Source: an uncultured Acidobacteriota bacterium (GTDB lineage: Bacteria; Acidobacteriota; Blastocatellia; RBC074). From it: a stretch of 64,000 bases of DNA. A program made the position numbers and the translations under genes. The notes below the pieces were generated by a model. That model saw only the letters and a list, made by a program, of their open reading frames with translations, searched no databases and had not been told where the DNA came from. Shown here one piece after another: positions 51,584 to 64,000 of the stretch (position 1 is the stretch's first letter; each line of letters opens with the position of its first letter). The stretch is taken from positions 1,344,001 through 1,408,000 of the forward strand of contig CAWCKY010000004.1 in the NCBI GenBank assembly GCA_963796275.1. The letters run 5' to 3'.

Positions 51584-52153
51584 ATGCCGAAAGATAGGGC
51601 GGATCATGAATCTGGCGCCATCCGTCACCAGTACGAAGATTATGGTGTGAAGGGATATTACACACGATTCGGCTCGGAATACCGCAATCCTCACGAACCC
51701 ATTATCGCGGAAGTTCTACGCGCGGCGTTCGAACGATGGCAGCTCGACCTAACTCGAGTGCTCGACCTCGCCTGCGGAAGCGGCGAAGTCACGCTCGCGC
51801 TGCAGGATCTGGGCTGCACAGATATCGATGGCATCGATCCACACACAGGGGAAGCCTATCTGGCCCGAACCGGGCAGAAGGCGGAAAAATTCAGTTTCGA
51901 GCAGATAGCTGGAGGGGAGCTTGACGGGCGCAATTATAGCCTCGTCGTGTGCAGCTTCGGCCTCCACTTAATAGATGTTTCATGGCTGCCGTCGTTACTC
52001 GCCCGGCTCAGCTCCATCTCAAACCGTTTGCTCGTGGTTACGCCGCACAAACGGCCTGCGATCAAAACCGAATGGGGATGGACGTTCGAGGACGAACTGG
52101 TGATCGAAAGAGTGCGCGCCCGCATATACACAGTTTGGTTTCCCGGTAATTAG
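51584..52153 (+). CDS. Class I SAM-dependent methyltransferase
   Basis: VLDLACGSGE, GIDP and YSLVVCSFGLH; AAGGA RBS. Confidence 0.85.
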   Translation: MPKDRADHESGAIRHQYEDYGVKGYYTRFGSEYRNPHEPIIAEVLRAAFERWQLDLTRVLDLACGSGEVTLALQDLGCTDIDGIDPHTGEAYLARTGQKAEKFSFEQIAGGELDGRNYSLVVCSFGLHLIDVSWLPSLLARLSSISNRLLVVTPHKRPAIKTEWGWTFEDELVIERVRARIYTVWFPGN

Positions 52154-52215
52154 ACCCCGGACAGCCGAAAACCAAACTGAAAGCTACACTGATAAATATT
52201 TCTTGAGGAGATCCC

Positions 52216-53898
52216 TTGACCTTGCTACTCCTAATGCTGCAAACGAACACAGCGCGTCTGGTGGCGATCGATTATGTGGTACTCGCGCTCTATTTCATTA
52301 TTATCTTCGCCATCGGTTACTACTTCGCCCGCAAAGAACGGACGACCACCGACTATTTCCTGGCGAGCCGCGACGTCGCGTGGTGGGCGATAGGCGCATC
52401 TCTCTTCTCATCCAACATCGGCAGCGAGCATTTCATCGGGTTGGCCGGCACAGGCGCCGCATCGGGAATGGCGGTCGGCCACTTCGAGTGGCTCGCCGCG
52501 ATCATCCTGCTCATCCTCGGCTGGGTCTTCGTGCCGTTCTATCTGCGATCGAACGTTTACACCATGCCGGAATTCCTCGAGCGGCGCTACAGTAGTACCT
52601 GCCGCATCTACCTCGCGAGCATTTCACTCATCGCTTACGTCTTCACCAAAATCGCGGTCGCCATTTTCGCGGGAGCGATAGTGCTCGAGGCAGTCCTGGG
52701 TTGGAATATGGTGCAGAGTTCGCTCGCGCTGGTGATCGCCACCGGCATCTACACAGTCGCCGGGGGACTGGCCGCCGTCATCTATACGGAGGTGATACAG
52801 ACCGTGATTCTGGTGGGCGGCGCGCTGTTGCTGATGTTCATAGGCTTGAATGAGGTCGGAGGATGGGAAGGTTTGCGCGCTCAGGTTCCTCCCGATTTTT
52901 TTCATATGATGAAGCCGCCGAGCGACAGTGAGTTCCCATGGACCGGGATATTTTTCGGTGCGCCGATACTCGGCATCTGGTACTGGTGCACTGATCAGGT
53001 CATTGTGCAACGAGTCTTGTCGGCCAAAGATATCGGTCATGCCAAAGCTGGGACGGTGGTGGCTGGATTCTTGAAAATCCTGCCCGTCTTTATGCTCATC
53101 GTCCCCGGGATGACCGCGCGAGCGCTCTATCCGTCGGAGATGGCGGCGAATTCGAACTCGGCGTTCCCTCTCCTGGTCATCAGATTGATGCCCGTGGGAT
53201 TGCAGGGGATTATGGTTGCAGCAATGCTGGCAGCGCTCATGTCGAGCCTGAGCGCGGTCTTCAATTCGAGCTCGACCATCTTCACGATCGATTTTTATAG
53301 GAAGTTCCGCCCGCACGCCACGGAGCGCCAACTGGTTAATGTGGGCCGGTTGGCGACGATCATCATGGTTGTACTCGGCCTCTCGTGGATTCCGTTCATG
53401 AGCCGCATCAGCTCACAGCTCTACGTTTATCTGCAGAGCGTACAGGCATATATAGCGCCGCCGATTGCGGCGGTCTTTCTGCTCGGAGTCTTCTGGAAGC
53501 GCATCAACAGCCAGGGTGCAATTTCTGCCCTGCTGGCCGGATTCGTGCTCGGAGCGCTGCGATTCATCCTAGAAGTCGCATACGCTGGCTCCCTTCCCTC
53601 AGGTCTCCTGGGTTTTTATGTCGGGATGAATTTCCTGCATTTCGCCGCATTCATGTTCGCCATCTGTCTGCTGATACTTGTGGGCGTGAGTTTACTGACT
53701 CCCGCGCCCAGCGCAGAGAAGGTCAGCGGCCTTACATTTCAAACGGTTCGTGAGAAAGTATCGATGGCGGATATCGAGGCGCCCAGCATACTCGATGCTC
53801 CCGCGGAAGCGGAGACGCCCCTGTGGAGGCGCATCAACACGGCATTTGCCGGCGCATTGATCGTGATTATGATCTCGCTATGGGTATATTTTCGGTAA
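52216..53898 (+). CDS. Sodium:solute symporter (SGLT-like sugar/inositol transporter)
   Basis: DYFLASR, SNIGSEHFIGLAG, TMPEFLERRY, YWCTDQVIVQR and AALMSSL; many TM helices. Confidence 0.93.
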   Translation: MTLLLLMLQTNTARLVAIDYVVLALYFIIIFAIGYYFARKERTTTDYFLASRDVAWWAIGASLFSSNIGSEHFIGLAGTGAASGMAVGHFEWLAAIILLILGWVFVPFYLRSNVYTMPEFLERRYSSTCRIYLASISLIAYVFTKIAVAIFAGAIVLEAVLGWNMVQSSLALVIATGIYTVAGGLAAVIYTEVIQTVILVGGALLLMFIGLNEVGGWEGLRAQVPPDFFHMMKPPSDSEFPWTGIFFGAPILGIWYWCTDQVIVQRVLSAKDIGHAKAGTVVAGFLKILPVFMLIVPGMTARALYPSEMAANSNSAFPLLVIRLMPVGLQGIMVAAMLAALMSSLSAVFNSSSTIFTIDFYRKFRPHATERQLVNVGRLATIIMVVLGLSWIPFMSRISSQLYVYLQSVQAYIAPPIAAVFLLGVFWKRINSQGAISALLAGFVLGALRFILEVAYAGSLPSGLLGFYVGMNFLHFAAFMFAICLLILVGVSLLTPAPSAEKVSGLTFQTVREKVSMADIEAPSILDAPAEAETPLWRRINTAFAGALIVIMISLWVYFR

Positions 53899-54017
53899 TC
53901 GGTTGTCGGTTGTCGGTTGCCGGTAGTAGTTCGGAACCTTTTGATAACCAAATGATAAAACTGGATCGGTAGAATTATGGCCGCCAACCGACAACCGGCA
54001 ACCGGCAACCGACAACC
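53899..54017. repeat. Inverted heptamer-repeat hairpin (TCGGTTG x3-4 ... CAACCGR x4-5)
   Basis: tcggttg tcggttg tcggttg ccggtag ... ccaaccg acaaccg gcaaccg gcaaccg acaacc. Confidence 0.8.
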
Positions 54018-54025
54018 ATTTTCTG

Positions 54026-54553
54026 ATGCTCATCACCAGTTATAAACCCAATGTAACGGCGGCGCGTGCGAACGCGATGTTCCGCGATTCGTTTCGCGAG
54101 TTGAGGTATGGGCGTCTACGGGTCGTCATTGATTTCCACCTGCCTTATTACCTATTTATGGTTAGGGTGATAAACGGTCGAAATTCTATCGACTCCCTCT
54201 ACGGCATAGATGCCATAACCGGCCGACTCGACCTCTATCAATTCGGGAATAAATGGACGGCCGAGAAATGCCGCGAGGTTGATACATCCTATTCCCTTCC
54301 GCCGCAAATAGATCCGCAGTTAGCGTTCGATCGTCTGCAAGAGAAAATGTTGCGGATGATCTTTATGCGGGGGGTTTTTAAGCTGAGAGGATGGAAGGTG
54401 AGCGGAAATATGATCCAAAGATTCCATATTCCCTATTGGATCGGTGTGTACGAGCGTGGGAATAACGCGCATCTGGAAGTAATCGATGCGGTGCGAGGGC
54501 GATTTGAGGGAGCGAAGGTGCGCGAAATGATGGTCGGTTGGTTTACCTCCTGA
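54026..54553 (+). CDS. Hypothetical protein
   Basis: 175 aa ORF filling the gap between co-directional genes, with internal motifs FHLPYY/FHIPYW and IDAITG/IDAVRG. Confidence 0.7.
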   Translation: MLITSYKPNVTAARANAMFRDSFRELRYGRLRVVIDFHLPYYLFMVRVINGRNSIDSLYGIDAITGRLDLYQFGNKWTAEKCREVDTSYSLPPQIDPQLAFDRLQEKMLRMIFMRGVFKLRGWKVSGNMIQRFHIPYWIGVYERGNNAHLEVIDAVRGRFEGAKVREMMVGWFTS

Positions 54554-54572
54554 TTGATGGAGGTAATGAGGT

Positions 54573-54601
54573 TTGTCAACATATTGACCCACGCCTATAA
54601 T
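54573..54601 (+). promoter_or_regulatory. Sigma70-type promoter for the TPR gene
   Basis: TTGTCA-17 nt-TATAAT. Confidence 0.55.
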
Positions 54602-54773
54602 GTGCCCCTCTCGTGTTTCCCACCTGGTTTCAAATTCCGAATCCAGGTATAGCGCCGCCATCCTCCCGGCTCGATTTGAAGTTTCGGCATGCAACGTTTA
54701 GAGTTATCGATGTTCTTCTAAAGCGCGGCTTTTATATGCGAATCGGCCGTCGCTGAATTGAAGGAGGAGATTA

Positions 54774-55859
54774 ATGACGAGATTGTGGCGCACAATTAAT
54801 TGCTTCGTTCTTATCTGCTTGGCCACGACTGCCGCCTCCGCCGGGTTTTTCGATTGGGAGAAGGCAGTCTCGCTTTACAAACAAGGCCAGTTTCGCGAGG
54901 CAATCGCAGAATTCCAGAAAGTCCTGGCTGAACATCCGGACCACCCTGACAGTTGGAAGTTCGTTGGTCTGGCCTATTATCAATTAAAAGATTATCAAGC
55001 GGCGGTCGCCCCCCTGGAAAAAGCCCTGACATTAAAACGCACTGAAGGGCGCAACGATTCGGACCTGGTTCGCGCACTCGGGCAGTCTCATCTCTCGATC
55101 AAACAGTACGATAAGGCGCTCCCTTATCTGGAAACGCTGGCCAGAGTGCAGATGAATTCGGCTGCCAACTATTACATGCTGGGCGTCACCTACGCGAATC
55201 TCAACCGTCCGGAAGATGCTGCCGAAGCTTTCCAGAAAGCCGTCAAGCTCGATCCCAAAGATGCCGATTCATGGTATTTCATCGGCGTTCAGCAATTTCG
55301 CAACGGCAAGCTGGTTGAAGCCATCGCCTCGCTGAAGAGCGGCCTGGCTGTCTCCCCGAAAAACGTCGAGATGCTCGGGCTGTACGCCGAAGCATTGCTG
55401 AGACAGGGGGCAGCCGAAACCGACGAGAAAAAATCGGATGCGCACTTTGACGAAGCGGTCCGTACCTCGGTTACCTTGAAGTCGCTGCGCGATGACGCGG
55501 CCTCGAATGAACTGCTGGGGCGCGCATATCTTGCTTCGAAAAAATATACCAATGCCGAGCTGACGCTTTCGCGGGCGCTCGAAACGACCAAACAACCATC
55601 CGCCGCGCTCTACTTCAACCTCGGGTTCGCCCACGCGCAGAACAAATCGTGGGCTCGCGCCGCCGAAATGCTGGCCCAGGCTGACAAACTAAATCCCGAC
55701 GATCTCAACACACTTTATTATCTCGGATACGTTCAAGAAAACCTGCGCCACTACCCGCAGGCGCTTGACGCATATGCGCGTGCGTACGAAGCCAGCGGAC
55801 GCACCAACGCCGATTTGAAAGCGAGTATTGATCGCGTCACCCCGCTGGTGAAGCAGTGA
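54774..55859 (+). CDS. Secreted tetratricopeptide repeat protein
   Basis: Signal peptide, AAGGAGGAG RBS and about 8 TPR repeats. Confidence 0.9.
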   Translation: MTRLWRTINCFVLICLATTAASAGFFDWEKAVSLYKQGQFREAIAEFQKVLAEHPDHPDSWKFVGLAYYQLKDYQAAVAPLEKALTLKRTEGRNDSDLVRALGQSHLSIKQYDKALPYLETLARVQMNSAANYYMLGVTYANLNRPEDAAEAFQKAVKLDPKDADSWYFIGVQQFRNGKLVEAIASLKSGLAVSPKNVEMLGLYAEALLRQGAAETDEKKSDAHFDEAVRTSVTLKSLRDDAASNELLGRAYLASKKYTNAELTLSRALETTKQPSAALYFNLGFAHAQNKSWARAAEMLAQADKLNPDDLNTLYYLGYVQENLRHYPQALDAYARAYEASGRTNADLKASIDRVTPLVKQ

Positions 55860-55861
55860 AA

Positions 55862-55923
55862 TTCAGTTTTCAGTTTTTAGTTTTTAGTTGGGACATCAAA
55901 TCTGAAACTGAAAACTAAAAACT
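55862..55923. repeat. Inverted heptamer-repeat hairpin (TTTCAGT/TTTTAGT vs ACTGAAA/ACTAAAA)
   Basis: ttcagtt ttcagtt tttagtt tttagtt ... ctgaaactgaaaactaaaaact, right after the TPR stop codon. Confidence 0.7.
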
Positions 55924-56050
55924 TTTTCAACTTGGTTTCAATCTTCCTCACTTTGATTTAGTATTTACGCCGGGCGTGCACCAGTGCGCCCTTTTAAATA
56001 TTCATACCGATCTGGTATCCAAGTCCTTGAATGGTTAGGAGGAGGTATCC

Positions 56051-57712
56051 GTGAGAAATAAGCGGCAGCGCTATTTGTTCTTTGTTCCTACGATAATCTG
56101 TCTGATCGGCGTCGCATTACTCAGTTCCCAGGCTATTACGGGCGCATTCACAAATGATAAGGCCTCACAGGATAAACTGTTTCGTGATTACGTTCGTGGA
56201 ATTGGGATCATACGGGAAAATTACGTCCAGGAACTCGAATACGAACCGCTGACGACGGCTGCCGTTCAAGGTATGCTCCGGGCGCTCGACCCGCACTCCA
56301 ACTATTATGATCGCAAGGCTTTCGATGACATGCGGATGGAGCAGCGGAGCCAGTACTACGGCATCGGCGCTTCCATCCAGCAACGTTTTCGCGGCGTCTA
56401 TATCATCGAGCCGTTCAAGGACACCCCCGCGGCGCGCGCCGGATTGCGCTTCGGCGATCAGATAGTTGCCATCGATGGACAAAATACGGACGGATGGAAT
56501 TCTGACAAAGTCCGCGACACTCTGCGAGGCGAGTTAGGCTCCGAGGTGAAGGTGGCGGTCAGGCGCGCCGGATTGAATGAACCGTTAACAGTCAAAATCG
56601 AGCGCGCGGCGGTCGATCTGCCTTCCATCTCGTCTTTCTATATCACGCGTCCGGGCGTCGGATATATCGGCTTGTCGCGCGGATTCCACTCGACCACGAG
56701 CGACGAATTGATCGCTGCGATTGCCAATCTGAAGTCCCAGGGAATGAGCTCGCTCGTGCTCGATCTGCGCCAGAATCCCGGCGGATTCCTCGATCAGGCG
56801 ATCAGGGTTGCCGACAAATTCCTGCATCGCGGTCAAACGATCGTCTCCGTGCGCGGCCGCGATGGCCGGCCCGGCGACAAAGATTGGCCCGCCGAATCGG
56901 GTATGCCCGAAAATTTTCCGATGGTGGTTATGATCGATGATGGCTCGGCCTCGGCCTCTGAAATTGTTGCGGGCGCGATTCAGGACCACGACCGCGGTCT
57001 GATCGTCGGCGAACCGAGTTTCGGTAAGGGGTTGGTGCAGACCATTTATCCGCTCACCGGAGGCGTCGGCCTGACGTTGACAACGGCCCGCTATTACACG
57101 CCCAGCGGCCGGTTGATCCAGCGCGATTACTCTAACGGCTCTAGTTATGAGTATCATTTCCGCCGCAATTCGAATGGATCCCAATCCGCAACGCCCGCGC
57201 CGCGCAGTGATCAGCGCCGCACCGACACCGGCCGCCTCGTCTACGGGGGTGGTGGTATCGAGCCGGACATCAAGGTCGTACCGAAGCCGACCACCGATAT
57301 TCAAGCAGCGATCTGGACGACGGGTCTGTTTTCATTCGTGCGTGAATTGATGGCGGGAAATGTCGCCCCCGCCTCGCATTTCAAACGCAATGGGCCGGAA
57401 TTCAGTCATCAGCCGAACTTCGATGAGTTCGTAATCACCGATGAAATAATGAAAGCCTATCGTGAGTTTATGGTCGATTTCATCGCCAAAAACCAGGAAT
57501 TAGGCTTGACCATCTCGATGGTCGATGAAAACCTGCAATGGTCGCGTAACAAAATCAGAGAAGAGGTTCTGCTCGCCGCTTATGGCCAGGACGTGCAGAG
57601 AAGGATTATGACGGATCAGGATGAACAACTTCAGCGCGCTATTCTCGAGATGCCGCAAGCAGCGCAGCTGGCCGACCGCGCCCGCAGACTGAATCGAACT
57701 TCGAAAAAGTGA
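56051..57712 (+). CDS. ctpA: S41 carboxy-terminal processing protease
   Basis: LDPHSNY, PDZ YGIG, LDLRQNPGG, SASASEIVAGA, SFGKGLVQ and TTARYYTPSGR. Confidence 0.92.
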   Translation: MRNKRQRYLFFVPTIICLIGVALLSSQAITGAFTNDKASQDKLFRDYVRGIGIIRENYVQELEYEPLTTAAVQGMLRALDPHSNYYDRKAFDDMRMEQRSQYYGIGASIQQRFRGVYIIEPFKDTPAARAGLRFGDQIVAIDGQNTDGWNSDKVRDTLRGELGSEVKVAVRRAGLNEPLTVKIERAAVDLPSISSFYITRPGVGYIGLSRGFHSTTSDELIAAIANLKSQGMSSLVLDLRQNPGGFLDQAIRVADKFLHRGQTIVSVRGRDGRPGDKDWPAESGMPENFPMVVMIDDGSASASEIVAGAIQDHDRGLIVGEPSFGKGLVQTIYPLTGGVGLTLTTARYYTPSGRLIQRDYSNGSSYEYHFRRNSNGSQSATPAPRSDQRRTDTGRLVYGGGGIEPDIKVVPKPTTDIQAAIWTTGLFSFVRELMAGNVAPASHFKRNGPEFSHQPNFDEFVITDEIMKAYREFMVDFIAKNQELGLTISMVDENLQWSRNKIREEVLLAAYGQDVQRRIMTDQDEQLQRAILEMPQAAQLADRARRLNRTSKK

Positions 57713-57804
57713 TGGAGCAGCGAGTCTGGGGTCCGTAATTTGCAATCCGGAGTCGATCGCCGGCTTACGTACTCCGGACTACAGACCGCGGCCTTCAGAT
57801 TCAG

Positions 57805-59565
57805 ATGCTCAATATCTCGCGCAAAAAGATTGTTCTATCCTTGATCGTGATCCTGCTGATCGCGATCGGCCTATGGTTCTATACCCGCCGCGTACAACGC
57901 GTCTTATTAGCCTCATATGTTCCCCAATCCGCGCTCGGCTATCTTGAGATCAACGACTGGCCCAGATTATTGGACCGTTTTACATCGACGGTGGCGTGGC
58001 AACGGCTGGCGCCCGTTTACGGGATCGACAATAAGTTGAATTTCATCGGCAAGGCTGGCTGGCTGGCGAATTTAACGGGCTTCGGCGAGCCGGCTATTCT
58101 AGCCCGCACGCAGTTTGCCCTCGTCGTCTCGGGTCTTGAAGTGAACGGCGAAGAGGTCAGACCGCGAGTGGCACTGATCGCCGAAACTCACAGCGACGCC
58201 GAGGACCTGCGCAAGGTTCTCGATAAGCGATTGCCTGAGCTTGCCCGCCGGGTCTATGGACGCGAGGTCAGGGAGACCGGCGAATATAGCGGGGTTCCGG
58301 TGATCAGTTTCGCCGGAGAAAACCCGGGACGGCGAATATTCTCCGCTCAGATCGAAGGCGGGTTAATCCTGGCCAATCATTCAGAGCCGCTGCGCGCATG
58401 CATCGATACGAGGCTTGGCCGGACGCCTTCAATGGCCGACAACTTCTACCTGGAGAACGCCCGCCCGCTGATCGGAGCGGATAGCGATATATTCGGATTT
58501 ATCACGGGCGAGGGGGTTACACGGCTGTTGGGATTCGGGGCATTCCTTCTCTCCAACAGCGCTCTCCGCAGTACCGGCATCACAGAGATCCTGGACGAGG
58601 TGTTATCCGACCTGGCCTCCCGCACCTCTGATGGAATAGCTTACAGCACGACCTTTAAAAACGGAGAGACGCTTGACCGGTATAGCCTGCTCTTCAAACC
58701 CGACCTGGTCGAAAGCATCAGGTCCGTCATTAAAGTCAACCCCAGTGAACCGCAGTCGCTCAATTTCATACCATCTGCAGTCAAAGACGTGACGATATTC
58801 AATGTCGAAAATCCCGACAAGACGCTCGATGGCATAGAGGCCGCGGTCTCGGCGCGGATCGGCGTGGGACATAGCTTCCTTCTGCATCAATTCATGCTCG
58901 GCGCCCGCGGGGTATTCCTCGGGATGAAATCTGGCGACAGCCTGCAGACCGCGATCGGGAATGAGATAGCGAGTTTCAGCCCCGCAAAAGACGCACAGGA
59001 GCGCGTCTGGCTGATCGCCATCCGTGATCGCCAACAGGCGGTACGCATAATCGAGCGATACCTGTCTCAATCCGGGCCGCCCGGAGCGACTGGCCGAAGA
59101 GCGGACGAAGTGAATCGCTCAGCGATCGTGTATGAATTTTATGCCAACCGTGAGATCCTCAATTCGAGAGATGCGAAAAAAGGTTCCGCCGCAATACTGG
59201 GAGATTTCATTGCACTCGGTCGTCGGGGGACTCTCATTGAATTGGTCGATGCTCTGATCGAGGGACAAAATCTCAAAGCGGCGCTGCGTTCAGTTCCGGC
59301 GAGCGGACCGGCGCCCGTTCAGGGTATGGTGATAGGGCTCTCTTCGGTAAAACGCGAATCGGGAGAGATGATGTCCGCCTTGGCGCAGAGGTTGGGTGGT
59401 CGGCAGAAGCCGCCATCGGGAACTACCACGCTCGACCGGTTGCCATTTGCCTCGAGCGCCACATCGCTCAACGATCAGGGTTTCTACATTGAATCACATT
59501 CGCCATTCGGTAATTTCCCCTTCTTCGTTTCTCTCGTCGAGAGCACAACAAGTGACATAAAATGA
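57805..59565 (+). CDS. Membrane-anchored hypothetical protein (DUF3352-like)
   Basis: N-terminal TM anchor, then LASYVPQSALGYLEI and a second SLNFIPS-type repeat; the family assignment is tentative. Confidence 0.7.
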   Translation: MLNISRKKIVLSLIVILLIAIGLWFYTRRVQRVLLASYVPQSALGYLEINDWPRLLDRFTSTVAWQRLAPVYGIDNKLNFIGKAGWLANLTGFGEPAILARTQFALVVSGLEVNGEEVRPRVALIAETHSDAEDLRKVLDKRLPELARRVYGREVRETGEYSGVPVISFAGENPGRRIFSAQIEGGLILANHSEPLRACIDTRLGRTPSMADNFYLENARPLIGADSDIFGFITGEGVTRLLGFGAFLLSNSALRSTGITEILDEVLSDLASRTSDGIAYSTTFKNGETLDRYSLLFKPDLVESIRSVIKVNPSEPQSLNFIPSAVKDVTIFNVENPDKTLDGIEAAVSARIGVGHSFLLHQFMLGARGVFLGMKSGDSLQTAIGNEIASFSPAKDAQERVWLIAIRDRQQAVRIIERYLSQSGPPGATGRRADEVNRSAIVYEFYANREILNSRDAKKGSAAILGDFIALGRRGTLIELVDALIEGQNLKAALRSVPASGPAPVQGMVIGLSSVKRESGEMMSALAQRLGGRQKPPSGTTTLDRLPFASSATSLNDQGFYIESHSPFGNFPFFVSLVESTTSDIK

Positions 59566-59681
59566 GAATCCGAAACGGAAAGGAAACCAAATAAGACAAA
59601 CTGAGGCAACGAGGCAAAAAGCTTGATATCATTGCCTTTTTTCCTCTTCGTCATTTTGATCCTCGAAGTCACTAACGCACC

Positions 59682-60383
59682 GTGAACTCTAATCCTTCTG
59701 CAGAAAAAAAAATTCTTCTCCGTGCACTTGACCTGACAAAAATCTACTCCGGCCGCGCGGGAGATCTCATCGTATTCCGCGACCTCAATCTGGAGGTCGC
59801 CCGCGGCGAGACCGTGGCGGTCGTGGGCGCTTCGGGAGCTGGTAAATCAACGCTTTTGCACCTACTTGGGGGACTAGACCGAGTGACGTCCGGCAGTATA
59901 AAAATCGATGAGTTTGACATAACAAAATCCGCTGAGCTAGACTTGGCGCGCTTCCGAAATCGACAAATAGGATTTGTTTTTCAGTTTCATCATCTGTTAC
60001 CCGAGTTTTCTGCCACAGAAAATGTTATGATGCCGATGCTCATAAATGGCGCGGATAAACGCGCGGCGAAAACCCGCGCTGGAGATCTTTTAAAACGTGT
60101 TGGGCTGGAGGGGCGCGCCGAGCACCGCCCAGGCGAACTTTCAGGTGGAGAGCAGCAGCGTGTGGCGCTTGCGCGAGCGCTTGCCTGTTCGCCGCTTCTC
60201 CTGCTCGCGGACGAACCGACCGGCAACCTGGATCATCAGACGGGCGAAGAGGTACATGCGGTCATCAAGCAATTGCAAGCGGAGGAGCGGCTGACCGCGA
60301 TTATAGCGACCCATAACGAGAGGCTCGCTTCGACTTGCAATCGCGTGCTGCGTCTGGAAAATAGTAGGTTGAATGATCTATAA
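59682..60383 (+). CDS. lolD: ABC transporter ATP-binding protein, LolD type
   Basis: GASGAGKST, GFVFQFHHLLPEF (LolD motif), LSGGEQQR and LADEPTGNLD. Confidence 0.88.
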   Translation: MNSNPSAEKKILLRALDLTKIYSGRAGDLIVFRDLNLEVARGETVAVVGASGAGKSTLLHLLGGLDRVTSGSIKIDEFDITKSAELDLARFRNRQIGFVFQFHHLLPEFSATENVMMPMLINGADKRAAKTRAGDLLKRVGLEGRAEHRPGELSGGEQQRVALARALACSPLLLLADEPTGNLDHQTGEEVHAVIKQLQAEERLTAIIATHNERLASTCNRVLRLENSRLNDL

Positions 60384-60411
60384 ATTTCAAGATTGAGAAA
60401 GTAGAGTCCGG

Positions 60412-62835
<2,424 letters not shown>

Positions 62836-62917
62836 CGCGAGCCCGGGTAACGCCCTATGATGGCCCCCAGCCTCACCTGTGCCTAAACGGATTACCCCCT
62901 TTATTAATCCGACAGCA

Positions 62918-62946
62918 TTGGCGTCTGTCGTTCATTCTCGTATAAT
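62918..62946 (+). promoter_or_regulatory. Sigma70-type promoter for bamA
   Basis: TTGGCG-17 nt-TATAAT. Confidence 0.5.
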
Positions 62947-63102
62947 ACACGATCTTAAAAAATTGCCCTGCAACCTTGGCGATGTGGATCGTTCATGAGC
63001 TGAATGTTTTCGGCATCCCCGTGCCGTGACGCCGGAAATTGCACGACTCCGTGCGCATTTGAGGTTCATCGAAGATCTAGATTGTTTAGGAGGAGAAGTT
63101 TC

Positions 63103-64000
<898 letters not shown>

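Overview
This is a GC-rich bacterial chromosome segment, most likely Acidobacteriota (Blastocatellia-like). That is an inference from two carboxypeptidase-regulatory-domain TonB receptors, the lolD-clpC-bamA order and GGAG-type REPs. Left to right it holds: a cyclic beta-1,2-glucan synthase (ndvB/cgs) running off the left edge; a CheB/CheR/PAS histidine kinase with a NarL regulator; a six-gene zinc-ribbon/FHA Ser/Thr phosphosignalling cluster ending in a PrsW-ZnR-FHA fusion; a TonB receptor bracketed by two REP-doublet tandem arrays (4x88 bp and 11x79-80 bp, not CRISPR); a convergent TerY-P (yegLKI-like) triad; a yitJ-orf-metH methionine cluster under a SAM-II riboswitch with a terminator/antiterminator platform; several metabolic genes; a ~6 kb integrase-less islet at the 3' end of tRNA-Ser(GCT); and housekeeping genes up to a partial bamA. 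The islet is bounded by a degenerate tRNA repeat and carries IS remnants, a vanadium haloperoxidase and an RRM / extra RNA-polymerase omega / Cys-rich / HEAT cluster. Three conserved genes carry single-base frameshifts that look like sequencing indels. All calls come from reading motifs by eye; no database search was run.
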